DNA of 44,539 nucleotides from Methanobacteriota archaeon. GTDB lineage: Archaea > Thermoplasmatota > Poseidoniia > MGIII > CG-Epi1. Position numbers and translations under genes: made by a program. Under the pieces are notes generated by a model, which was given only the letters and a program-made list of their open reading frames with translations, was not told the DNA's origin and made no database searches. Below are positions 28,216 through 36,443 of the stretch, piece by piece. The stretch lies in contig JAERSJ010000036.1 of the NCBI GenBank assembly GCA_016845825.1, forward strand, positions 1 through 44,539, given 5' to 3'. Position 1 is the first letter of the stretch. Each line of letters starts with the position of its first letter.

Positions 28216-29395
28216 CCCAACAAACTGGATGAAAAAAGAATATGATGACTTAGTCAAAAAAGGATTTGATTGGAAACCACCTGTGATTGGCGGACCATCA
28301 ACGGGTAGGGCAATTATCGACGATAAAGAGAGAATAATGCTCTGTGCAAATAATTACCTCAGTATGAGTAATCATCCTAAAGTGAAACAGGCTGCAATTG
28401 ATGCTGTTAAATCACACGGAGCTGGAAGTGGAAGTGTTAGGCCTATTGCTGGGAACATGGACATTCACAATGAACTCGAAGATACGATTGCTAGATTCAA
28501 GAACAGAGAAGCTGCATTGTATTACCAAACTGGGTTTGCTGTAAATTCAGGGCTCATTCCTCAGTTAGCTGGTAAAAATGATTCTATCATTTCTGATCAA
28601 CTGAATCATGGTTCAATAATTGATGGAGTAAGATTATCTGGTGTCAAGAAGGAAAATCGTACAATTTATGCCCACAATGATATGGGTGAATTAGAAGACC
28701 GATTGAAAGAAGCTACAAAGAAGAGCGAGAAAACTTTGGTTATTAGCGACGGTGTGTTCTCTATGGATGGAGATATCGCACCACTAGATGAAATAACAAA
28801 ATTGGCTAGAGAATATGGCGCTATGACGTACATTGACGATTGCCATGGAGAAGGAGTTTTAGCTGGCGGAAGAGGGATTGGAGCTCACTTTGGTGTTGAA
28901 AATGAAGTTGATATGGAATCAGGTTCTTTCTCCAAAGCATTCGGAGTTGTAGGTGGCCTTGTTGCTGGTGAAAAGCACATGGTAGACTACGCTTTCAATA
29001 AATCAAGAACAATGTTGCTCTCTGGTTCAGCCCCTCCTGCTACTATTGCAGCTTGTAAAGCTTCAATTGAAGTCTTGGAAAGTGAACCTGAGCATGTTGA
29101 AAAATTGTGGTCAAATACGGAATATTTCAGAAAAGAAGTTCAATCTATGGGATTCGACACAGGAGTGTCTGAAACTCCAATTATTCCTGTAATGTGTGGA
29201 GAATCTCACAAAGCAAAAGAATTGAGTACAAATTTATTGGAAATGGATGTGTTTGCTTTGCCTATTGTTTTTCCAATGGTTGCTCCTGATAAAGCAAGAA
29301 TTAGAGTTATGATGAGTGCAGGATTAGAAAAAGAAGATTTAGATCATGCACTGAATGCCTTTGAAAAAGGCGGAAAATCTGCTGGAATAATATGA
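28208..29395 (+). CDS. kbl: 2-amino-3-ketobutyrate CoA ligase (glycine C-acetyltransferase)
   Basis: Alpha-oxoamine synthase family: '[11 protein letters not shown]', '[14 protein letters not shown]', PLP-Lys 'SFSKAFG'. Confidence 0.9.
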   Translation: MSSPTNWMKKEYDDLVKKGFDWKPPVIGGPSTGRAIIDDKERIMLCANNYLSMSNHPKVKQAAIDAVKSHGAGSGSVRPIAGNMDIHNELEDTIARFKNREAALYYQTGFAVNSGLIPQLAGKNDSIISDQLNHGSIIDGVRLSGVKKENRTIYAHNDMGELEDRLKEATKKSEKTLVISDGVFSMDGDIAPLDEITKLAREYGAMTYIDDCHGEGVLAGGRGIGAHFGVENEVDMESGSFSKAFGVVGGLVAGEKHMVDYAFNKSRTMLLSGSAPPATIAACKASIEVLESEPEHVEKLWSNTEYFRKEVQSMGFDTGVSETPIIPVMCGESHKAKELSTNLLEMDVFALPIVFPMVAPDKARIRVMMSAGLEKEDLDHALNAFEKGGKSAGII

Positions 29396-29763
29396 GCGAA
29401 GAAGAATGGAAAGAAAAGTTAACGCCGGAACAATACCAAGTTTGTAGGTGTAGCGCTACAGAACCTCCATTTGATAATGAATATTGGGATTGCAAAGACA
29501 GCGGAAAATATCATTGTGTTTGCTGCGATGAAATATTATTTGATTCTGAACACAAATTTGATTCTGGAACTGGCTGGCCGAGCTTTTACAAACCTGCAAC
29601 CGAAGAAATAATCAGCGAAAAAGAGGATGTGTCATTTGGAATGAGGCGCATAGAGGTAATTTGCTCAAATTGTGATTCTCATTTAGGACACTTGTTCGAT
29701 GATGGACCACAACCAACTGGATTAAGATACTGCATTAATTCAGCTTCTCTTAAATTGAAATGA
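29392..29763 (+). CDS. msrB: Peptide-methionine (R)-S-oxide reductase MsrB
   Basis: 'GTGWPSF', '[10 protein letters not shown]' and catalytic 'RYCINS'. Both CxxC zinc pairs are present. Confidence 0.92.
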   Translation: MSEEEWKEKLTPEQYQVCRCSATEPPFDNEYWDCKDSGKYHCVCCDEILFDSEHKFDSGTGWPSFYKPATEEIISEKEDVSFGMRRIEVICSNCDSHLGHLFDDGPQPTGLRYCINSASLKLK

Positions 29764-30032
29764 GTGGGACTGCTTTTCAAAAGAAAGTCTGGGATGAAAT
29801 AGACAAAATACCTCGTGGAGAAATTGCCACCTACAGTCAAATTGCTAAAAATATAGGCAAACCTAAAGCTGCAAGAGCCGTTGCAAATGCTTGTGGAGCA
29901 AATCCAAATCCAATTACAACACCTTGCCACAGAGTAATATGTTCTAATGGAGATATTGGTGGTTATAGTGGACCAGGTGGCATTGAAAAGAAGATAAAAT
30001 TATTGAGAGAAGAAGGTGTGGATTTATTCTGA
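29760..30032 (+). CDS. ogt: Methylated-DNA-protein-cysteine methyltransferase, C-terminal (catalytic) domain only
   Basis: 90 aa: '[13 protein letters not shown]', active site 'PCHRV', '[16 protein letters not shown]'. No N-terminal domain. Confidence 0.8.
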   Translation: MSGTAFQKKVWDEIDKIPRGEIATYSQIAKNIGKPKAARAVANACGANPNPITTPCHRVICSNGDIGGYSGPGGIEKKIKLLREEGVDLF

Positions 30033-30674
30033 AATCTCGCTTAACCAAGCTCCACCTGTTACAAAAACCATATTGTAAAGGAAAAGTAAGGTCAAAGCTA
30101 TTTGAAAATCTGATGAGTCTGTAATGAGTGAGTCTGTACATTTGATTCCTGCCTCAATTACTGTAAAAAGTAAAATTGGTATTGCAAATAAGGAGGTCAG
30201 CATCCAGCCTCCATACATTGGAGTCATGGAACTTGCTGCAAGATTACCAACTGCTGCAATTCCTATGCAGCCTACTAGAACAACTACGTAGGCTAACATC
30301 CATTCATCCCCAAAAACGTTTTCAAATAGGACCAAAAAAAGTATGAAAATAATTGTGCTCAAAATCCAGAGCAAGATCATAGAACCAAATGCCCTTCCGA
30401 GGAATAACTGATATCTCGTTATTGGAGCTAATTTTAATGTTTCAATGGTCCTTCTTTCAATTTCCCTAGTAGCAGTGTGAGTGATTAGTCCTAAACCAGT
30501 CAAAAGAACTGAGACCCATAAAATTCCCGATTTCTCAATTACTACTGAATCCATAATAGAAAATTTTAGTGACATTAGAATCATAAATGACATCAGCGCT
30601 GCTGGAACAATTCCTTGTAAAGTCCGAAATTCGACCTTCAATTCTTTTTTGAGTAGGACTAAAATTGGGTTCAT
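30024..30674 (-). CDS. ABC exporter permease, CcmB-like (6 TM)
   Basis: 216 aa and polytopic. 'LKKELKVEFRT' N-terminus as in CcmB/ABC-2 permeases. ATGA overlap with the upstream ATPase. Confidence 0.6.
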   Translation of the reverse strand: MNPILVLLKKELKVEFRTLQGIVPAALMSFMILMSLKFSIMDSVVIEKSGILWVSVLLTGLGLITHTATREIERRTIETLKLAPITRYQLFLGRAFGSMILLWILSTIIFILFLVLFENVFGDEWMLAYVVVLVGCIGIAAVGNLAASSMTPMYGGWMLTSLFAIPILLFTVIEAGIKCTDSLITDSSDFQIALTLLFLYNMVFVTGGAWLSEISE

Positions 30675-31294
30675 TTCAACGCTCCTTGATCTAGCTCAAG
30701 TGTTCGGTCCGCGAATGATATATCATCGTGTGAGGATAGCAGAATACTACAACCGTCCTCTTTCAATCGGAGTAAATGTTGTTCGATAATCTCACTGCCT
30801 TCATCATCTAAGCCAGTGAAAGGTTCATCAAGTAAAAGTGTAGTAGGTGAATGAGCGATTGCAATCGCAAAACCTAGCCTTTGTATCATCCCTCTAGAAT
30901 AATTGCCAGCCATATCGTCTTTGAACATAATCAGACCCACCTTGGCAAGCATTTCACTAGCATAATCTAAGTCATATTCTGCAGGATTTAAATCAAGCCA
31001 AAAATCTAAATTTTCAAGGCCAGATAATTCTGGATAGAATGGAGGATTATGTGATAGAAAACCCACTCTTGATCTTATTTCTTCTGAATTTGAAACTAAA
31101 TCAAACTCATCTATCTCTGCTAGGTCGTAATCATCAGGTTTTTCTAAAGTAGATAATGCTTTCAGCAATGTAGTTTTACCACTGCCATTCTTTCCTTTGA
31201 TTACAACAATTTCACCAGAATCAATATCTAAATCTAAACTTCTAAGAACATTCTTAGGGCCAAATGATTTGAAAAAATTCCGTAACTTAATCAT
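30671..31294 (-). CDS. ABC transporter ATP-binding protein (CcmA-like)
   Basis: Walker A 'GKNGSGKTT', degenerate signature 'YSRGMIQR', Walker B 'LLLDEPFTGLD', H-loop 'SSHD'. Confidence 0.85.
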   Translation of the reverse strand: MIKLRNFFKSFGPKNVLRSLDLDIDSGEIVVIKGKNGSGKTTLLKALSTLEKPDDYDLAEIDEFDLVSNSEEIRSRVGFLSHNPPFYPELSGLENLDFWLDLNPAEYDLDYASEMLAKVGLIMFKDDMAGNYSRGMIQRLGFAIAIAHSPTTLLLDEPFTGLDDEGSEIIEQHLLRLKEDGCSILLSSHDDISFADRTLELDQGALK

Positions 31295-31919
31295 CTATGT
31301 TCATATCAGACATATATTTTTCTGCTGCTAATGCAGGATTATCTGCCTGATAAATTCCCCTTCCAACAATAATAAAATCTGCTCCAGCCTTTATTGTTTC
31401 TTTAGGATCTCCGCCTTGCGCCCCTACTCCAGGAGATATAATTTCTAAATCTCCAATCAAATTCTTAACTTTGGCAACATCTTCTGGCCTAGTTGCAGGA
31501 GCCACAACTCCTGTTGCTCCAACTTCTAATGCCAACGAACAAAATTCTTCTATTTTGAAAAAATCTCCACCTTTAGGGTGTGACATTGTAATCACAACAT
31601 ACATTTCTTTACTTGGGTCTACAGCTCTAATTGCTTTCAATGACTCAGGTCCAGGGAAAGCATGAGCAATAATTCCTGTTGCCCCTGCTGAAAATACAGC
31701 TTCAGTAATCAAGCGATTTGTATTTGGAATATCTGCTACTTTGAAATCGCAAATCACTTTACTAAATTTGGATATTTCAGTTACAATATCTAGACCTGCA
31801 GATAGTACAAGAGGATAATTTATCTTAATTTTTGATACAAAAGGAGATACTTCTTTTGCAATATCTAGAGCTCGGGCTGGATCTGTTTCGTCCAGGGCGA
31901 GCACGAGCCGTGATGCCAT
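31287..31919 (-). CDS. pyrF: Orotidine 5'-phosphate decarboxylase
   Basis: 'LVLALDETD', 'KINYPL', 'DFKVADIPNT', 'IIVGRGIY'. Confidence 0.9.
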   Translation of the reverse strand: MASRLVLALDETDPARALDIAKEVSPFVSKIKINYPLVLSAGLDIVTEISKFSKVICDFKVADIPNTNRLITEAVFSAGATGIIAHAFPGPESLKAIRAVDPSKEMYVVITMSHPKGGDFFKIEEFCSLALEVGATGVVAPATRPEDVAKVKNLIGDLEIISPGVGAQGGDPKETIKAGADFIIVGRGIYQADNPALAAEKYMSDMNIDD

Positions 31920-32155
31920 TAAATCTCTAATTTCCCAGTTAAGATTGAAATTGCGTATTTTAATTCAGCAACGGATGCCACAGCTTCCCTTTTTACTTGA
32001 AAAAGATCCTGAGGTTCCATCTCTTTACCAAGGTTAGATTCTACGAACATCATTTTTTCTAAACTGCGTTCAATAGTATCTACAATAATTTGGCTTCTTG
32101 CGGAGCGTCGTAAACCTTCTTCGTCTATCATTTCATCTGCCATGCTATTGTCCAC
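31919..32155 (-). CDS. Hypothetical small acidic helical protein (78 aa)
   Basis: ORF between dnaG and pyrF on the same strand. Its TAA overlaps the pyrF ATG (TAATG). No family recognised. Confidence 0.45.
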   Translation of the reverse strand: MDNSMADEMIDEEGLRRSARSQIIVDTIERSLEKMMFVESNLGKEMEPQDLFQVKREAVASVAELKYAISILTGKLEI

Positions 32156-32195
32156 TAATATAGTGGGATATAACCATTTGGCTTGAGTTACCTGA

Positions 32196-33446
32196 TTATG
32201 CTAAATCTTCTCTGGTAAACATAGTGATGCCTACTGGGTCTCTTGGAAGAGGTCCTTTCTTTTCAGCAACTATTACCTTAATTCCTGCTTTAGGAACTAA
32301 TTCGATTAATCTCTGAGTTATGATACCGTCCATAACTAAAGTGTTAACTCCGTTTTTCTTGTAAGTACCGCCAGAGCTTTCTAATTGATCTTGAAGACCA
32401 CTTATAGAAACTTCATCTGCTAGCTCTTCTGTAGCTAGAAAACGTGCATTTTTTGAACCTTGAAGAGCATCTAACTGTTCTAAGAAAATTGGACTTGCTT
32501 CCACAGGTTCTGCAGCCTCTACAGGCTCAGCTTCTTTCTTAGGTTTGTCATTAGATTTTCCTTTTTTTGAACCTGACCGACGAGTCTTCTTACTAGATCC
32601 ACCACTTCCTGGGCGTGCCCATTTGTTTTGTTCCATGAACAACTCTGCTGAAGTTTTATCTCTCAAACACTTCATTATTTGCTTGTGAGTAATGTGTTCT
32701 ACCTCTGTATTGCTAGGTGCTCTTGCTATGAAATCAACTTCTGCTACTTGCAATAATTCTTGGATAATCATTTCACCGCCACGGTCTCCATCAACGAAGG
32801 CTGTGACTGTTTTTTCTTTAGTTAATGCAACAACTTCCTTAGGAATATTTGTTCCTTCAACTGCAACTGCATTTTTGATTCCGTGCTTTAATAAATTCAA
32901 AACATCGCCTCTACCTTCGACGATAATAATTGCATCACTTGTCTCTACGTTAGGTCCTGCAGGCAATTTACCTTTGAATCTAACTACTTCTTCAGTTTGA
33001 AGAGCTTTTCTTACAGTATCTGTAATTGTTGAACCTGCAGTCCTTGAATCTGAAAGTAAATCAATCAATAGTGCTCTAGCACGCTCAATGATAACTTCAC
33101 GTTTTGAGGTTCTGCTATCTTCTAAGGCTGTAACTTTTACAGTTGCCTTACAAGGACCGACCCTCTCTACGGTTTCTAAAGCTGCAGCAAAAACCGAAGT
33201 TTCTACTTGGTCCATACTTGATGAAATTTCTATTTCACCTTTGGATTTGCCTTTATCGCTCTTAATGTCGACTTCAACACGACCCATTCTTCCGCTCTTT
33301 TGAAGATCTCTTAGGTCTAGCTCGTCCCCTAATAACCCTTCAGTTTGACCGAAGACTGCGCCTACGACATCTGACTTGTTTACTACTCCGTTTGCTCTTA
33401 TTGAAGCTCGGATAACATACTTACTACTTGTTGGATCAATATTCAT
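32196..33446 (-). CDS. dnaG: Archaeal DnaG (Toprim primase-like, exosome-associated)
   Basis: N-terminal 'YVIRASIRANGVVNKSDVVGAVFGQTEGLLG', Toprim 'IIVEGRGDVLNLLKHGI...FVDGDRGGEMI'. A basic low-complexity insert is present ('SKKTRRSGSKKGKSNDKPKKEAEPVEAAEPVEA'). Confidence 0.9.
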   Translation of the reverse strand: MNIDPTSSKYVIRASIRANGVVNKSDVVGAVFGQTEGLLGDELDLRDLQKSGRMGRVEVDIKSDKGKSKGEIEISSSMDQVETSVFAAALETVERVGPCKATVKVTALEDSRTSKREVIIERARALLIDLLSDSRTAGSTITDTVRKALQTEEVVRFKGKLPAGPNVETSDAIIIVEGRGDVLNLLKHGIKNAVAVEGTNIPKEVVALTKEKTVTAFVDGDRGGEMIIQELLQVAEVDFIARAPSNTEVEHITHKQIMKCLRDKTSAELFMEQNKWARPGSGGSSKKTRRSGSKKGKSNDKPKKEAEPVEAAEPVEASPIFLEQLDALQGSKNARFLATEELADEVSISGLQDQLESSGGTYKKNGVNTLVMDGIITQRLIELVPKAGIKVIVAEKKGPLPRDPVGITMFTREDLA

Positions 33447-33616
33447 TTTTAATCATCTCTTTATTATCCTCTTAACCAAGGGCAGACAAAGTTCTAATAT
33501 CTCTTAAATCTCCAAAGGGAGTTGAAAGGTCATGTTCGTGAATTGAGTACTGTCAATAGCCAAGAGGCCTAATTTCACGCCGGTAACGCCGTATTAATAG
33601 CTAGCGGTGATATTTT

Positions 33617-34450
33617 ATGCACGCCTATTGGTGTCAACTAGTGCATTCAGTAACTCTTATTGCTCAGCCTAGAAGCAAAACACCTTTCGCTAAAGTCGGT
33701 GCTATGAAATCTGGAAAATATGAACCAAAGAATAGTGGGACATTTGGTGTTATGTGGTTTACAGATTTCGGAGATAAATTCTGGGAAGCATGTAGAGGGG
33801 TGGATGATACTCCTAAATTACGATTAAGAGATAGCGGTTTCGACGAAATGGATTGGAGCGTTTCATTCCGTTTTGCCGGATTTAAGGCTAGAATTACTTC
33901 CGTAAAATACAAAGGATTCTTTGGAAAACCAGGGAATTCTTACATGGAATTAAAAATTGGAACTCAGAATCCTAATGATCTGAGTATTTTCTTACAAGCT
34001 TTCGCAGAAAAATTCGAAACACCTCCATGGATAATGAACAACTGGAAAAAAGCTGAAGCAAAATGTGGATTCACTAAAGAAGAAATTATATCTGAATGGT
34101 CTAAAGGAATGGGAAGAGAAATAACTGAAGAGGAAACTGTAGTGAAAGGCTGGGGTGCATCCTTATTCGGTTCTAAGGATAAAGATAGTAAAAAAGAAGA
34201 ATACGAAGTCTTTGAAGATGCAGAAGGTAATGATGTTAAAATGGTGATTCACGGAGCACTTGAAGTTGAAGGTGATGAATATGCAATTATGTCATATGCC
34301 GATGACGTGATTACAACTGAATATGAAATAATGAAAATTAATAGGGACAAAAAGGGAAATGTTACCTATTCAGGTGTTGAAGATGAAGAGTTGTATAATG
34401 ATTTAAGTGAAGCTGCAACAGAACATTTAGAAACCAAATTTATTTTTTAA
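33617..34450 (+). CDS. Hypothetical protein; the C-terminal ~80 aa resemble DUF1292-type acidic domains
   Basis: C-terminus: 'EYEVFEDAEGNDVKMVIHGALEVEGDEYAIMSYADD...YEIMKINRDKKGN..SGVEDEELYNDLSEAA'. The start is ambiguous. The ATG at 33617 has a TATTAATA about 22 nt upstream (leaderless option); an alternative ATG lies at 33704. Confidence 0.55.
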   Translation: MHAYWCQLVHSVTLIAQPRSKTPFAKVGAMKSGKYEPKNSGTFGVMWFTDFGDKFWEACRGVDDTPKLRLRDSGFDEMDWSVSFRFAGFKARITSVKYKGFFGKPGNSYMELKIGTQNPNDLSIFLQAFAEKFETPPWIMNNWKKAEAKCGFTKEEIISEWSKGMGREITEEETVVKGWGASLFGSKDKDSKKEEYEVFEDAEGNDVKMVIHGALEVEGDEYAIMSYADDVITTEYEIMKINRDKKGNVTYSGVEDEELYNDLSEAATEHLETKFIF

Positions 34451-34560
34451 ATTAATAGATTTTAATTTAGTCACTACAACCAATCTTATATTTGCCACGC
34501 TGGTGGCTTTAGCTCTGATAAGTTGGGTTACTATCCAAATAATCAGGAAAGGAAAGAAAA

Positions 34561-35553
34561 ATGTCAATGGAACTTGATATAGAATCGCTAAAACACGGTA
34601 AAGAACTTGTAAAGAGAGGCTTTGCTAGAATGCAGAAAGGCGGCGTGATTATGGATGTCGTTAATGCAGAACAAGCTGATATTGCTGAAAAAGCAGGAGC
34701 TGTTGCAGTAATGGCCCTTGAAAGAGTACCTTCTGATATTAGAGCAGATGGTGGAGTAGCTAGAATGTCAAACCCAACAATGATTAATGAAATTATTGAA
34801 TGTACAAGTATTCCTATCATGGCCAAATGTAGAATTGGGCACACTGCTGAGGCCCGGGTTTTGGAGGCTTTAGGTGTAGATATGATTGATGAGTCTGAAG
34901 TATTGACTCCTGCAGATCCATACTATCATGTTGTAAAAGACGATTTCACAGTACCATTCGTATGTGGTGCTACTTCTCTAGGTGAAGCTGTCAGAAGGAT
35001 TTGGGAAGGTGCAGCTATGATAAGAACTAAAGGAGAAGCTGGAACCGGTAATGTAGTTGCTGCAATGAGACATGCAAGATTATTGCAAGCTGAAATTGAA
35101 GTTGTAAAGAAATCTGAAAATCTTGGAGTTATAGCTGCCAAAATAGCCGAAAAATTCTTTGTATTAGATAACGAAGCTGAAGGAAATTTGGGAGAATCAA
35201 CAGACTTTAACCCATTTGGAAAAGATAAAGCTACAATTGAATCTGAAATAGTTGAAATCTTAGAAGATATTAAGAGATTAGGAAGATTGCCAGTTGTTAC
35301 ATTTACAGCTGGAGGAATCGCTACTCCTGCAGATGCTGCATTGATGATGCAGTTTGGAATGGATGGGGTATTCGTTGGCTCAGGAATTTTCAAGTCAGAA
35401 GATCCAATTACAATGGCCAAAGCAGTTGTAGAAGCTACAGCTCATTTCAATGATGCTAAATTAGTTGGAGATGTTTCAAAAAATCTTGGAGAATCAATGC
35501 CAGGATTAGAAGAATCAAGCCTTGAAACTAAGATGGCAAAACGCGGACATTAG
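34561..35553 (+). CDS. pdxS: Pyridoxal 5'-phosphate synthase, lyase subunit PdxS
   Basis: '[46 protein letters not shown]', '[10 protein letters not shown]', '[27 protein letters not shown]'. Confidence 0.95.
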   Translation: MSMELDIESLKHGKELVKRGFARMQKGGVIMDVVNAEQADIAEKAGAVAVMALERVPSDIRADGGVARMSNPTMINEIIECTSIPIMAKCRIGHTAEARVLEALGVDMIDESEVLTPADPYYHVVKDDFTVPFVCGATSLGEAVRRIWEGAAMIRTKGEAGTGNVVAAMRHARLLQAEIEVVKKSENLGVIAAKIAEKFFVLDNEAEGNLGESTDFNPFGKDKATIESEIVEILEDIKRLGRLPVVTFTAGGIATPADAALMMQFGMDGVFVGSGIFKSEDPITMAKAVVEATAHFNDAKLVGDVSKNLGESMPGLEESSLETKMAKRGH

Positions 35554-35759
35554 AAATCCTTTAGATTCGCATAAGCAAAAAAGATTATTTGACTTAGCCC
35601 AATTAGAATAATCAAAATCATATTAAAAATGTGAGTTTTAGGAGCTTCTTCCTTAGTAACCCATCCTCTTCCTTTGTGATGAGATCCTCCATTTTGATAA
35701 CAATAAAGAGCGTATATCAGAAAGCATAATCCAAGAAACAAATTGCCTAGAAATTTCAT
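35550..35759 (-). CDS. Hypothetical small two-TM membrane protein (69 aa)
   Basis: Two hydrophobic segments flank a basic loop '[10 protein letters not shown]'. It fills the gap between pdxS and the LysE gene. Confidence 0.4.
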   Translation of the reverse strand: MKFLGNLFLGLCFLIYALYCYQNGGSHHKGRGWVTKEEAPKTHIFNMILIILIGLSQIIFFAYANLKDF

Positions 35760-35789
35760 TAGTATACTATAACTTGTTGTATTTATTAT

Positions 35790-36428
35790 TTAGAGGCCAT
35801 TTTGCCATAGATCATAAGCTTTGAAAAGAAAACTTCCTGCAAAAATAAACATTGCAAATCCACAGATTTTTAAAGTTAGTAAATATCTATCAGATGAAAG
35901 GTTAACTTGTGCCTTGCTGAAAAAATAAGCTATTGTGATTTTTACTAATACAATACTGACCAAAAAAGAAATCGCATATGCAAAAGGTGCTATGGGTTCA
36001 GAATCAGCAGCTGTAGCCATCAAAGGACCACCGATTAAAAACCAAAAAATGTATGCATTTGGATTCAATAAATTTGTCAAAATTCCCTTTTTTAATGATT
36101 GAGTTAAATCTACATCTGTTGCATCAATATCTGGAATTTCAGGATTAAAACATTCCATTCCCATTCTAGTTAAAAAAATAGCACCAAGAACTGCAATTCC
36201 GCAGAATAGCAGTGGTTGATCTGCTATGTAACCTGCCATGAAAATACTGAATAATATTAGGGGACCATCTGTAAAAAATGGAGCTGAAGCGGCTCTAATT
36301 CCACCCTTAAAACCGTTCGTTAAAGTTTCTTTGATTACAGTTGTAAGCAGTGGGCCTGGTTTGACTCCTTCTACAATTCCTAAAGTAATACCAGCTAAGG
36401 CTAACCCAATGACTAAGTCAGCCTCCAT
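35790..36428 (-). CDS. LysE/RhtB-family amino-acid exporter
   Basis: 212 aa, about 6 TM. N-terminal 'GI.EGVKPGPLLT.VI..TL' pattern and 'LTNLLNPNAYIFW' typical of LysE translocators. Confidence 0.7.
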   Translation of the reverse strand: MEADLVIGLALAGITLGIVEGVKPGPLLTTVIKETLTNGFKGGIRAASAPFFTDGPLILFSIFMAGYIADQPLLFCGIAVLGAIFLTRMGMECFNPEIPDIDATDVDLTQSLKKGILTNLLNPNAYIFWFLIGGPLMATAADSEPIAPFAYAISFLVSIVLVKITIAYFFSKAQVNLSSDRYLLTLKICGFAMFIFAGSFLFKAYDLWQNGL

Positions 36429-36443
36429 GGCTACCTAGCTATC

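Noticed and set aside
32500-32600. A basic low-complexity insert with a tandem 'EPVEAAEPVEA' in DnaG, as a possible intein or foreign insertion
   Set aside because: It is too short, has no intein splicing motifs and is in-frame low complexity. It is most likely a lineage-specific linker.
34926-35420. Long antisense ORFs opposite pdxS (164 aa). Similar shadows lie opposite groEL (24727-25113), hisS (21226-21573), rpoK/eno (14508-14849), dnaG (32692-33000) and the 2547/3315 genes.
   Set aside because: Their low-complexity Ser/Pro/Ala/Thr-rich translations are typical of frame -1/-2 shadows of highly conserved genes. They have no start context or motifs.
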